From the IMG/VR virus record IMGVR_UViG_3300026076_000002: a DNA stretch of 64,000 nt; one strand, written 5' to 3'. Within the stretch, counting starts at the first letter, position 1; the number at the start of each line of letters is the position of its first letter. Below the pieces are notes generated by a model. The model searched no databases. It was not told the origin of the DNA and saw only the letters and a program-made list of their open reading frames with translations. The translations under genes were made by a program, and so were the position numbers. Positions 37,101-47,301 of the stretch are shown in pieces. The DNA comes from a virus.

Positions 37101-40100
37101 TATGCTCCTATTGAAGTTACTATCAAAGGTAGACAAGGTATATCTACAGACCCTGCATCAGCATCACCTATTATTCGTGGTTCTATAGATCATATTCATA
37201 TCATAGATGGTGGTAAGAACTATGGTTCTACCGTTATGAACGATAACTTTAGAGTTCCTATTGATATTATTAAAGGTAGTGGTGCATTGCTGAGACCATA
37301 TGTTGTTAATGGTAGAATAGAGCAAATCTTTGTTAAGGATGGTGGTAAGGATTGGTATAGTATTCCAGATATCATTATTGAAGGAACTGGATATGGTGCT
37401 AAAGCAAGAGGAAGAGTTAATAATGGAAAATTAGTCGGTGTTGATATTATTGACAAAGGTGGTAACTATCAACAATCTAATACATTCGTAAGAGCAGAAA
37501 CACCAGGTAAGAACAGTATTCTTTCCAGTAATATTAACTCATGGACTCTTGATGAAGTAGATAGACATTATGATATGGTTGGTGATGATGATGGATATAT
37601 TGATACACCAACTAAGAGTGCTTATGGTTCTAAGTATGTTAACTACTATGCTCCTAAGAAATTAAGAGAATTCTTAGGTGATGATAATAATGGACATTCT
37701 CCTATTTTAGGTTATGCCTATGATGGAAACCCAATATATGGTCCTATTGCAAATCATAATGTAGATGGAACTGGTGGATTAAGGTTAATGAAGTCCAGTT
37801 ATGCACTTCAGAATTTTGGAATTAGAATTAATGGACCTGATTATACAGAGTATCCAGCAGGGGCATTTGTAGAAGACTATGCTTATGTTGAAAATTATGG
37901 AGATCTTGATGAGCATAATGGTAGATTCTCTATTACACCAGAGTATCCAAATGGAATCTATGCTTACCATGTGACAGTTAAAGAGTCTCAAGGTGATCTA
38001 GTTCCTGTATTCCCATATGTTATTGGTCATACTTATCATTCAGATCCAGTATTATTCAATTATGGTTTCTTCTCCAATCAGGAAATAGACCCAGGTTCAT
38101 TAGGTCTATTGAAGAATACTCTTCCATATAACCTAAAAGAATATGAGTTCTCAGGTCCTGCTAATCGTGGAACAGAGACTAACTCAAGGATTATTAAGGT
38201 TAGTGAAGGTGGTATTGAGAAACTTGATATATTTGAGTCTGGATTAGATTACACAGTCGGGGATAGGGTAGTATTTGATAATGAAGGTACAAATGGATTT
38301 GGTGCTTTAGCAAAAGTTTCTAGAATAGAAGGTGTTGGTATTACTACCGTAACATCATCTATCAATGAATTGCTTGATGTTGAACTAATACCAATGGGTA
38401 AAAAAGTCCTTGGTATCACTACAATTCCACACGGTCTGAATGATGGATATTATATCAATGTTACAAATACAAACTTCCCTGACCTTGAAGGTAGATTCCA
38501 AATAGATTTAGAGTACGTTTCATCCTTCCTATTGGAAGAAATACAACCTAGTGGTCTTACTACATCTGTATCTACAAGTGATGATGTACATAAGAAGTTT
38601 AGGGTAGATGATATACTACAAATAGATGCTGAGAAATTTAAGGTACTAGATCTAGACCTCAAGAACAATAAGTTAGTATTAGAAAGAACACTTCTAGGTA
38701 CTGCTGGTGCTGCACATACTTATAGATCTAAGATTGAAAGACTAGAAAAAGAATTTACTTATGAAGTACCAAGAAAACTAAACTTTAGTACACCTACAAA
38801 CTACATTAGATACTTTGATGCTGCTAACTCAGTTGGTGTTGGTTTAACTGTTGGTATTTCTACTCTTGGTATTACTAGCACTGGTGTTGGTATAGGAAGT
38901 TATGTTTCTATTGTAGCAGCAGGTAATACTACTAAACCATTCTTTGTACCTGCTGGTGGTATATACATTCCTGGCAACTCATTCCTCAATAATGAGGAAT
39001 GTAAGTATAGTCCTGGTGCTGGTACTTCTTTAACATATTCTCCAGATGGTGTACAGCAACAACCACTACCAAGTACTGTTTATATTTCTCAGATAGGAAA
39101 TAATATCGTTGGTATCAAGACTGAACCTACTGGAAGTCCTGTACTATTCAATGGTAATATTGGTATTGGTAATTCACATAGTCTTAAGACTAATAGAGCA
39201 GTTGGATTAGGAACTGTACAATCATTTGAGATTACAGTTACTACAGACAAAGAACATGGTATGAGACCAGGTGATGATATTGATTTAACCTTGGTTTCTG
39301 CTGCATCAAGTTCTGTATATGCTGGTTATAGTGCTGGATCTAGATTTGTAGATGTTGATGGTGTTAATAACCCTAGAATATCTGTAACTAAGGGTGATAC
39401 ATTAAGATTCTTAACTCATTCACCAACTCTTACAGATACTAAGATTGAATTTTTCTTAGATCCATTCTTTACACAAAGATTCTATGGTTCTGCTTTAGAT
39501 GCTATTGAAATAACCAATGTTGGTGTTGCAGGTGATAATAAAGAATTTGAAACATACACAGATATTCATTTTAGTGAGAATGTACCTGATTTCTTATTCT
39601 ATAAATTTGAATCTAATAATCCTACAAAGATAATTGAAGTAGATGTAGACCAATCCGAATATGGTAAGATTGTTGTTAGTCCAAGTAGGTTCTCTGGTAA
39701 ACATTCTTTATCTACAACTACATCTAACACATTTACTTACAATATATTTGATTGTCAGGAACGTATTGGATATAGTACAGATTCTACAATATCATATACC
39801 ACTACATCAGAAAATACTATAGGACCTATTGCCAAGGTTGATATGCTTAACCAAGGTAAGGGTTATGTTTCTATACCTAACGTAGAAGTTGAATCTGATA
39901 CTGGTAATGGTGCTGACCTTATACCATTTGGTACTAAGATTGGTGATTTACAAAGAGTTGATATTGAAGAGTATGGATATGATTATCCAACTGATAAGAC
40001 AATGCAACCACAGGCAGTTGTTCCTGATGTAATTACATTAAGAGACAATTTCCAGTTAGATTCTGTTGGTATTGTAACAGGTGGTAAGAATTATTTGATA

Positions 40101-42359
40101 GCACCTGATTTAGTTGTATACAACACTAAACAAGACGTATTACAACCTGAAGCAGCAGTAAGATGTGAGTTAGTAGGTAATTCTGTAGGAGAAGTTGAAA
40201 TTACTGCCAATGGTGGATCTATGGAATCCACTGATAATGTACTATTCCCTGTCAATAACAGTAACGGTGTTGGTATTGTATCAGCAGCATATGCAGCACC
40301 ATATGTAACACTACGTCTTAAAACTCCTCAGTCTGGATTTACTACAGAGTTCCCAGTACCATTTACTATAGGTGATAAGGTATTTGTTGAGAATATAGGT
40401 GTATCTTCAGGTCATGGTTATAACTCACAGGATTATGCTTTCCAATACTTTACTCTAACTGGTGTTTCAACAGCATTTGGTATGTTGGATCAAGCAACTG
40501 TAACCTATGAAGTTGATACAGACCCAGGTGATCATGATGCTCAACAGTATGGTTCTGTTGTTAAGAAGAGTGATATGGCATCCTTTGATATAAAATTGAA
40601 GGAAGCACAGTTCTATAATGGTGAAGAAATATACACTAAGAAGGCATCTAATAATTGTATTCGTGGTGATGGAAACTTAACTAATGTTCTTAGAGTTGAT
40701 AGTATAGTAGGTTTTAATACTGGAGATCAAATTAGAGGTAAAGTATCTCAAGCATCTGCATACATTAAGGGTATGCAGTCCTTTACAGGTAATTTTGATA
40801 CAGGTGTTTCTATTATTCGTAATTCTGATTGGGAACGTGATACTGGTAAGTTAAATGAATACTTCCAGAGAATACAAAACAGTGATTACTACCAGCAGTT
40901 TGCATACTCATTGAAGTCTAGAGTTGGTATTAGTAGTTGGGATGAACCAGTTGATTCACTGGCACATATTGCTGGATTTAAAAAGCATAGTGATCTTTTA
41001 ATACCATCTATTGCTGGTGTTGCTGGATCTATCACAATGACAGATCAAGTGAAGACACCATCTACTATCTTCCTTGATAATGAGGCACATATTAACTGCC
41101 ATTACAACTATGATTCAGTATATGAAATTACTAATGATACTGAGACTAAATCTGATGAGATTGTCTTTAAGTCTCTTAAGTTTGGTAATTCATTAATGTG
41201 TGATGGTAACAGGGTTCTTGAGATTGATGACATATCACCTCAGTTCTATAATGACCCTGCTATTAAGAGAAATATTGAAATTGATACTTTAAATTTAGGT
41301 TCATTTAATGCTATCAAATATTTTGCACAAATAGTTGTTACACCATCAACTATGCTTCAGTCTAATGAGACTCAGTATATTGAGTTTGTAATTAGTGCTG
41401 ATGATACAGTTGCTTTCAATAACCAGTATTCAACTTTATCCGATGCATTTAATCTTGGAACATTCTATACAGAAACTATAGGAGATCTAGTATCAGTTAG
41501 ATTTAGTCCATTCAATTCTGTATTAACTTATGATATTACCTTCTATAAGGAGATAATGACTATAGCAACTGGTGTTGGTGCAACATCATTTGGTGGTGCT
41601 CTTAAGTCAGGTAACACTACTAATGTCCCTGCTAATACAAGTCGCAATTTATTGTCCGTAAATGCTATGGACTTTAAGTGTGGTCAGGTATTAGTTGCAG
41701 CATCTGGTAATGGTAAGAAGGAAGTTGTAGAAAGTACCTTTATTGGTATTGGTTCTACAGCACATTTTGTTAACTATGCAGAAATGGATAGTGATGGTAC
41801 TGATCTAGGTGACTTTAGTATTAATATCGATGGTAATAATCAAATCCTATTAGACTGGCAGTCTAATGTAGCATATGCAGCAACTGTATCTGCATTAGCA
41901 TCATTCATAGGAGTTGGACAAACTTATAATAATTCAACAACAGGTATTCAGACTTCTAGGTATCAGGTTGGTGATTCTGTATTACATACTTCATATACAG
42001 AGATAGCACAAAGTCCTTCTAGCAGTATAGAAACCATTGAAACTATGGGATTCAATGATTTCACTTCTTGGAGATTACTTGTTAACATCGAAAACGTAAC
42101 TGATGGTGAACAGTCTGTATTCAATATGGCAGTCAACACCTTTGAAGGTGATGCTAACTGGAATAGGTATGGTTTAGTATCAACTGGTTCGTCAGACCCC
42201 AAGCGTGACCTACTAAATACGGAGATACAGGTCTCTGGTTCAAACTGCCTACTTAGGTTTACTCCAAGAGACAATATTGACTACATTATACGGACATCAC
42301 AGATCAGGATAACTAAACCTGATGGTATACCTTTCGATACTGTAAAAACACTAAGCTAA
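34182..42359 (+). CDS. gp7: Large baseplate wedge initiator (gp7-like) with embedded YHYH-like domain
   Basis: Follows gp6; FY.TKGT, IQNSDYYQQFAYSLKS and H.AG motifs; HSPILGYAYDGNPIYGP...LDEHNGRF..YAYH domain. Confidence 0.8.
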   Translation: MIETSIYKVKINDVVQSQIPEHINTDNPLFAEFLKQYYISQEFQGGTVDIADNLVEYKGLSRITNENLVGVTSLTAYVDGRSDTINVQSTKGWPEQWGLLKINNEVITYTGITTNSFMGCVRGFSAIEKNETTNKPEFLTFTSTGIGTHANEAQVTNLSNIFLKEFLRKLKIQVLPGFEERGLFGELDEANFIRQAKDFYATKGTPEAFDILFRVLYNEDVDLVQPQKYLFKPSDADFIRNTVLLCTLVNGDPRRISGETLFQDTTPIQSSAAIYDIEEYVINKKRYYKVSLSTDTIIGNFEPIKKTYITEFGALSTDILNVDSTVGFASEGVLKFGGDRLTYGAKSYTQFRDIKGLSSTAGIGSTVSSGLNVYSYEEGDLSNRVELQVVEVLNDFTGVAQNQNVGSEINVRSLGLEKDELRYNAWIYNTPSKYSIFKIDLVSPGTYELILENKNQLYVDDNITVYDINTDTPVPAKVTSIISDLVIRINAGTLDLTRNHYLRRNLKTTNTYTADVQNTYSKGTDLYVASNSIPHWEINADNKIRTFNNSQTGQTINISQHNFTTGELVVYEHISDWDSSVGLNTAQGYYVKKINDNQIKLASTQENVRSGEYIDVFSVIAGVSTHRLTPFNLYGHTLGGQKLFKRIPIPTYPPIPSSTGKKSVASEGAIGLFANGVEIVSYKSPDKVYFGAIDSVSVLNNGEGYDVVNPPRLSVRENISGVGASVYAHVSGEVVDVIVDNEGVDYLDTPIVSITGGGGQGYAEAKMKRVPHEAVFNSASVGGVVSTEDNTFTFKTPHGFHVGEELIYSTQDTTPIGIGTTPGNLVDKASYFAIPNPNDDFKMTITDSKNNSLAGIGTIDITQNGIGYHIFETRERRLKVDKVRIIDGGRFYNKENTLRVPNPTVDHRINKYTNVIYVPNHGYADKDEIQYVCDDPISGLDNKGLYTVEKLDDDNFKLGVDFGTVTAGIHTFRYAPIEVTIKGRQGISTDPASASPIIRGSIDHIHIIDGGKNYGSTVMNDNFRVPIDIIKGSGALLRPYVVNGRIEQIFVKDGGKDWYSIPDIIIEGTGYGAKARGRVNNGKLVGVDIIDKGGNYQQSNTFVRAETPGKNSILSSNINSWTLDEVDRHYDMVGDDDGYIDTPTKSAYGSKYVNYYAPKKLREFLGDDNNGHSPILGYAYDGNPIYGPIANHNVDGTGGLRLMKSSYALQNFGIRINGPDYTEYPAGAFVEDYAYVENYGDLDEHNGRFSITPEYPNGIYAYHVTVKESQGDLVPVFPYVIGHTYHSDPVLFNYGFFSNQEIDPGSLGLLKNTLPYNLKEYEFSGPANRGTETNSRIIKVSEGGIEKLDIFESGLDYTVGDRVVFDNEGTNGFGALAKVSRIEGVGITTVTSSINELLDVELIPMGKKVLGITTIPHGLNDGYYINVTNTNFPDLEGRFQIDLEYVSSFLLEEIQPSGLTTSVSTSDDVHKKFRVDDILQIDAEKFKVLDLDLKNNKLVLERTLLGTAGAAHTYRSKIERLEKEFTYEVPRKLNFSTPTNYIRYFDAANSVGVGLTVGISTLGITSTGVGIGSYVSIVAAGNTTKPFFVPAGGIYIPGNSFLNNEECKYSPGAGTSLTYSPDGVQQQPLPSTVYISQIGNNIVGIKTEPTGSPVLFNGNIGIGNSHSLKTNRAVGLGTVQSFEITVTTDKEHGMRPGDDIDLTLVSAASSSVYAGYSAGSRFVDVDGVNNPRISVTKGDTLRFLTHSPTLTDTKIEFFLDPFFTQRFYGSALDAIEITNVGVAGDNKEFETYTDIHFSENVPDFLFYKFESNNPTKIIEVDVDQSEYGKIVVSPSRFSGKHSLSTTTSNTFTYNIFDCQERIGYSTDSTISYTTTSENTIGPIAKVDMLNQGKGYVSIPNVEVESDTGNGADLIPFGTKIGDLQRVDIEEYGYDYPTDKTMQPQAVVPDVITLRDNFQLDSVGIVTGGKNYLIAPDLVVYNTKQDVLQPEAAVRCELVGNSVGEVEITANGGSMESTDNVLFPVNNSNGVGIVSAAYAAPYVTLRLKTPQSGFTTEFPVPFTIGDKVFVENIGVSSGHGYNSQDYAFQYFTLTGVSTAFGMLDQATVTYEVDTDPGDHDAQQYGSVVKKSDMASFDIKLKEAQFYNGEEIYTKKASNNCIRGDGNLTNVLRVDSIVGFNTGDQIRGKVSQASAYIKGMQSFTGNFDTGVSIIRNSDWERDTGKLNEYFQRIQNSDYYQQFAYSLKSRVGISSWDEPVDSLAHIAGFKKHSDLLIPSIAGVAGSITMTDQVKTPSTIFLDNEAHINCHYNYDSVYEITNDTETKSDEIVFKSLKFGNSLMCDGNRVLEIDDISPQFYNDPAIKRNIEIDTLNLGSFNAIKYFAQIVVTPSTMLQSNETQYIEFVISADDTVAFNNQYSTLSDAFNLGTFYTETIGDLVSVRFSPFNSVLTYDITFYKEIMTIATGVGATSFGGALKSGNTTNVPANTSRNLLSVNAMDFKCGQVLVAASGNGKKEVVESTFIGIGSTAHFVNYAEMDSDGTDLGDFSINIDGNNQILLDWQSNVAYAATVSALASFIGVGQTYNNSTTGIQTSRYQVGDSVLHTSYTEIAQSPSSSIETIETMGFNDFTSWRLLVNIENVTDGEQSVFNMAVNTFEGDANWNRYGLVSTGSSDPKRDLLNTEIQVSGSNCLLRFTPRDNIDYIIRTSQIRITKPDGIPFDTVKTLS

Positions 42360-45300
42360 TGGGATTTCAGTTAGGATCTATAAATCGCCAATATAATTCT
42401 TTAACGGAAACCTTTAGGTATTCGTTTAATTTGACACATAAAGGAGATTCTATATTTCATAAGGAATTTGATGGATCCTCTACTTCTGAGGTTTTGTTAG
42501 GTGCTGATACGTTTGTAGTTAATAATCATTTTTATGTAACAGGTGAACCATTACATTACGAAGCAGGTGGTGGTGGAACTGCTATAGGTATAGATCCTAC
42601 TATTGGTATTGGTAACACACTACCTGAAAGAGTATTTGCTATTAAGATTGATGAGAATAAGATAAAGGTTGCAGAGACAGAAGCAGATGCTCATTCAGGA
42701 TCACCAATTAATATTATAACTGTAGGTGCTGGTACTACTCATTCATTTACAGCAGAGAAGCAGAATAGTAAGTGTATAATTGCATTGGATAATATGATCC
42801 AGTCTCCACTATATCAAAGACCTGGATATAATACTGTTTTAACTGGTGTAAACAATAGAATTATCACTGTTGAAAATGCACAGTTATTTAAAAACTATGA
42901 TCTTATAAAGATTGATGATGAAGTTTTAAGGATTTTAGTTGTAGGGTTCCAAGGTAATACTAACGATTTATTATGTGATCGTGGTTGGATGGGAACAAGA
43001 AATGAACCACATGCTGCTGGTTCTACTGTAGAGTTAGTATTGGGTGATTATAATATTGTAGATGATATACTTACTTTTGCTGATGTTCCTTTTGGTGGTA
43101 TTAAATTTAGTGCTGGTATATCATCAGAAGTAGTTGATGTAGCAAGTAATAGTTTTGTTGTATTAACTGATCTATTAGAAACAGGATCCTCTGTAAGGTT
43201 GGAAACTTTAGATCCGCCAGAACCATTAGTTGCTAATGAAGATTATTTCTTAATTAGAAACCAGCAAAATAGTTACTCATGGGCAGAAACACGTGATGAT
43301 GCATTAGCAGGTATTGCTATCACCATGACCAGTTCTGGTATTGGCACACATACTATTAGGTTGATTGATGTAGTAAATGGATCATCATTCCAAGGTAGAT
43401 CATTCATTAGATCTGACTATACTGGAAACATCGTAATGGATGATCTATCCCAAGAGTTTACTGGTATAGGTAAGACATTTACTTTAACAAGTGCTGGTGT
43501 TAATACTGTTGGTATAACAAGTGATTATGGTGTATTGCTAGTTAATAACATATTCCAAAAACCTGATACAGACTATGAGTTTATTGGCGGTCCTGTAACT
43601 GGTATTACATCTATTGAATATACTGGTAATAGTAAAGACCCAGTAGAAAGATATAGTTTAGATGATGTTAATGCTAATAATCTACCTAGAAGAGGATTGA
43701 TTGTTACTCTAGGTAATAGTCAGGGATTTGGATACCAACCACAATATACTGCTATTGGTACTGCTACAGTATCTGCTGCTGGTACTATAAGTAATGTTTG
43801 GGTTAAGTATGATGGTAGTGGTTATATAAACGGTCCTACAACATATGAGTTTAGGGTAGCAGGTGCTGGATCTACTGTTTCTGCTGCTGGTACTTTTAAT
43901 GTTGCAGACGGTCATATAGATCAGACTTGGTTAAATGAAGGTGGACAAGGGTTCTATACAGCAAGGGATATATCAGATTTTGATTATGACCATACAAGTG
44001 GTATTGCTACTATAACTGCTGTAGGTCATGAACTAAAACAAGGTAATACTATTAGTCTTGCAGGTATATCCTTAACATGCTATTACAGTCCAGGTAGAAC
44101 AATTACCAATGCAGACTATGATGGTGGCAGTGGTATTATGACTGTTACTACATCTTCGGATCATGGATTTAGTCTAGGTAAAGATGTTGTATTTGATGAT
44201 ATAAGACTTACTTGTGCATATACAGTATCAGGTGGATCAGATGCTTACCCAAGAACTACTGACCCATACTATAATGGCACTCCAGTATTAGAAATACTTT
44301 CACCTACACAATTTAAGGTTCAGGTAGGTCAGTCTACTATAGAGGCACACAGTTACCATTCAGGTGGTTTTGTGCAGGGAGTTCTATTTGCTCCTAGGGG
44401 TGGTGACTATGCTGGATCTAAGACTAATGTTATTAGAGTTATTGATAATGATACATTCACATGTCAAGTTGGTACTACAACAGAAAGACATTACTACAAA
44501 CGTGGCGGTAAACTATCAAAACCAGTTAAATGTGAGTTTGATGCCCCAGTTCCTTATGATGATCTACAACTCATAAGTTCAAGTACAGGTATAGGTGCAT
44601 CTGTATCAGTTGTCATTAATGATGCTAAACAGTTAGATAAATTTACTCTTGGTAATATAGGATTTGGATATACCTTTAGAGAAGAGTGTACTATTGCAGG
44701 TATTCCAACAACACCTGGTCTAGTATCACATCCAATTCAATCTGGTGGTGCTTATAACCATACCTTTGTTGGTGCTACTCCATATGGAGTTATTAGTGGT
44801 GGTGAGTATGAGCATGAGACTGTCAGTATTGAAGGTAATTCTTTAAGAGACGGTAGTTGGAATGGATCTGCTATTAGTCCTACTGATGTTTCATATAATC
44901 CCACTACAGGTGATGTTGAATATACATTAGCTGGTCATAGTTTAACTACAAGTGATAGTGTAGGTATCAGGACTGGTTCTATGGTCTTGAAATGTAGTAT
45001 GGATGGTAAAGAGACTCTCCATTCTTATCCTAGAGCAAGTGACCCAGTGGCAGGTGTCATCACTTCTATCACAGGTGTTACTACAGACACATTTACAGTT
45101 AATGTAGGTGCATCACAGACTGTAGGTCATCTCGTTAGTGGAGCAACTTACGATGCTACTACTGGTGATATGGTCATGTCTATTGGTTCCCACACATTAC
45201 GTGGTGGATCTACACATTCCTTAACAACTGCTGCATATAATCCTAACACTGGTATAATTACATGTACGATATCCAATCATGGATTCACTGTTGGTGAACG

Positions 45301-47278
45301 AATCAAATTCGTTGATGAGTCATTAACCTTTAAATGTGCAAAGGACAACTATGGTACAGAACACAATTATCCAAGATCTTCTGATCCTTACAGCAACCAG
45401 TGGCTTAGCATATCTAACATCACTGCTAATAGCTTCGAGGTTGAAGTACTCAAGGTAACACCTTCAACTAACGTATCAGATCATATATTCCAAGAGTCAA
45501 GTGCTGACTGTATTATTAAGGGTGGTGAATCTTTAAGATTCATGCCAGAAAGTATCACCTTCACATGTGATATGGATGGTAATGCCAGTGAGCATAGTTA
45601 TCCTAGATCAACAGATCCATTCTACAATACAGCATGTCCTATAGTATCTGTTGCTGGCACTACAGTAACAGTTAATGTAGGAAGATCTCCTCATGTTCAG
45701 CATAGGGTTAATGATGCTACTTATAGTGGTGATACAGGTTTATTAAGTTTAAATATAGGTTCACATAGTCTTAAAACAGGAACTAATGTATTCGTAAGGA
45801 ATAACTCCTTATGGTTTACATGTGCTAAAGATGAGTATGGTAGTGCTCATTCATATCCTAGATCAGGTATAGATCAAATATCTGGTATAGGTACTCAAAT
45901 AACATCTGTAGGTGGATCTACTATAGAATTAGATGTTGGCATGCCAGAAGCAGGTGAAAGGTATACTCATGAGTATCTTGGAAGTGATTTAGAAGAACCT
46001 AAGTTTACTATTAGTGAAGTAAGAGACGATGAGTTTGCTGGATGGGTTCTTGGTAAGTTACAAATATTAGATGACTTCTCACATCAGTTTAACGGTAGAA
46101 GAAGAACCTTTACTATTCATGAAAATGGTAAACCATTATCTATCGAGAAATTAGAAGGTTCTCCAATTAGTTTAGAAGATGTATTATTAATCTTCATTAA
46201 TGATATACTACAGGATCCTGGTGTTGCATATACGTTTGATGGTGGTACTAGATTAACGTTTACTGAACCACCAGTTGCAGGGTCTAGTTTACAAATACTA
46301 TTCTATAGGGGTACTGATTCAGACGTTAGTGACTCAACATCATTACAGACAGTTAAACCTGGTGATAAATTAACTATACAAAAACGTAATGGAACAGTAA
46401 ATCCAGTAAAACAGGATGGTAGAATTATTAGAGATATCATTAGTAGAGATAGTGTATTAACTACTCTATACAATGGTGTTGGTATATCTTCAGAACCTCA
46501 ACCACTTAGACCAGTTACATGGTGTAAGCAAACTGAGGATATGGTTATTTCTGGTATTAAGATACATAAAACCCGTGACATGTTGAGGTCTAGAGTAAGA
46601 CCTGTAACTAGATTGATACAGGGTATTACTTCAAGTACCAATACATTCTATGGTTATGGTGGCAGTTTGGTATTCAGTAAGACTGAAGAACCAGATACTG
46701 CTGAGTTTGATATTAAAATTGTAGATGAAAATGCAGAAGATACATCCACTATTGAGACAGTAACTGGTTGTGAAGTACTTGGTGATGAAGGTATTATTAC
46801 TGGTGTAGGATGTACTGCTGATGCATTACAGTTTGAATTCTATATTCCATTAGAATCTCCATTAAGAATTAATGAGTTTGGTGGAATATTGAAGACTGGT
46901 ATTAGTACAGGTGATTACTTTGTTGTTTCCAACAGTAATGTTGGTTCAGGTGTAACAGCAGTTGGTGTTGGTACTACATCTGTTATTGGAGTCGCTACTT
47001 CATTCCTAGATTCTGTCTATCAAGTTAGTCATCTTGAGGTGGTAGGAACGGGTAAGACTATGCGTATACATACTAATGTCCAAGATAATCATGGACTGTC
47101 CTTTGTAGGACTAAGTTCTGGTGCTGGAAATACTTATGGTTCCTTCAGTTGGGCGAAGTTTACTTCATCCAGAGCTGGTGGATTTGAGCAATCAGTCACC
47201 ACAAATAATGGTCTAGTAGGTCTGTCAACAGCACCGCAGTTGATCAGAACCACACACTTACTAGATTCTTACACATAA
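42359..47278 (+). CDS. Large virion structural protein (gp7-associated) with repeated ~90-aa modules
   Basis: Lies between gp7 and gp8; repeats of the form A.Y...TG...H....G...C..D....H.YPR..DP. Confidence 0.75.
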   Translation: MGFQLGSINRQYNSLTETFRYSFNLTHKGDSIFHKEFDGSSTSEVLLGADTFVVNNHFYVTGEPLHYEAGGGGTAIGIDPTIGIGNTLPERVFAIKIDENKIKVAETEADAHSGSPINIITVGAGTTHSFTAEKQNSKCIIALDNMIQSPLYQRPGYNTVLTGVNNRIITVENAQLFKNYDLIKIDDEVLRILVVGFQGNTNDLLCDRGWMGTRNEPHAAGSTVELVLGDYNIVDDILTFADVPFGGIKFSAGISSEVVDVASNSFVVLTDLLETGSSVRLETLDPPEPLVANEDYFLIRNQQNSYSWAETRDDALAGIAITMTSSGIGTHTIRLIDVVNGSSFQGRSFIRSDYTGNIVMDDLSQEFTGIGKTFTLTSAGVNTVGITSDYGVLLVNNIFQKPDTDYEFIGGPVTGITSIEYTGNSKDPVERYSLDDVNANNLPRRGLIVTLGNSQGFGYQPQYTAIGTATVSAAGTISNVWVKYDGSGYINGPTTYEFRVAGAGSTVSAAGTFNVADGHIDQTWLNEGGQGFYTARDISDFDYDHTSGIATITAVGHELKQGNTISLAGISLTCYYSPGRTITNADYDGGSGIMTVTTSSDHGFSLGKDVVFDDIRLTCAYTVSGGSDAYPRTTDPYYNGTPVLEILSPTQFKVQVGQSTIEAHSYHSGGFVQGVLFAPRGGDYAGSKTNVIRVIDNDTFTCQVGTTTERHYYKRGGKLSKPVKCEFDAPVPYDDLQLISSSTGIGASVSVVINDAKQLDKFTLGNIGFGYTFREECTIAGIPTTPGLVSHPIQSGGAYNHTFVGATPYGVISGGEYEHETVSIEGNSLRDGSWNGSAISPTDVSYNPTTGDVEYTLAGHSLTTSDSVGIRTGSMVLKCSMDGKETLHSYPRASDPVAGVITSITGVTTDTFTVNVGASQTVGHLVSGATYDATTGDMVMSIGSHTLRGGSTHSLTTAAYNPNTGIITCTISNHGFTVGERIKFVDESLTFKCAKDNYGTEHNYPRSSDPYSNQWLSISNITANSFEVEVLKVTPSTNVSDHIFQESSADCIIKGGESLRFMPESITFTCDMDGNASEHSYPRSTDPFYNTACPIVSVAGTTVTVNVGRSPHVQHRVNDATYSGDTGLLSLNIGSHSLKTGTNVFVRNNSLWFTCAKDEYGSAHSYPRSGIDQISGIGTQITSVGGSTIELDVGMPEAGERYTHEYLGSDLEEPKFTISEVRDDEFAGWVLGKLQILDDFSHQFNGRRRTFTIHENGKPLSIEKLEGSPISLEDVLLIFINDILQDPGVAYTFDGGTRLTFTEPPVAGSSLQILFYRGTDSDVSDSTSLQTVKPGDKLTIQKRNGTVNPVKQDGRIIRDIISRDSVLTTLYNGVGISSEPQPLRPVTWCKQTEDMVISGIKIHKTRDMLRSRVRPVTRLIQGITSSTNTFYGYGGSLVFSKTEEPDTAEFDIKIVDENAEDTSTIETVTGCEVLGDEGIITGVGCTADALQFEFYIPLESPLRINEFGGILKTGISTGDYFVVSNSNVGSGVTAVGVGTTSVIGVATSFLDSVYQVSHLEVVGTGKTMRIHTNVQDNHGLSFVGLSSGAGNTYGSFSWAKFTSSRAGGFEQSVTTNNGLVGLSTAPQLIRTTHLLDSYT

Positions 47279-47301
47279 ATAAACAAAAATAGTCTAACGA
47301 G

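Noticed and set aside
42350-42365. Frameshift or pseudogene splitting gp7
   Set aside because: The junction is a clean TAATG stop-start coupling like the others in this operon, and both ORFs are long and intact.
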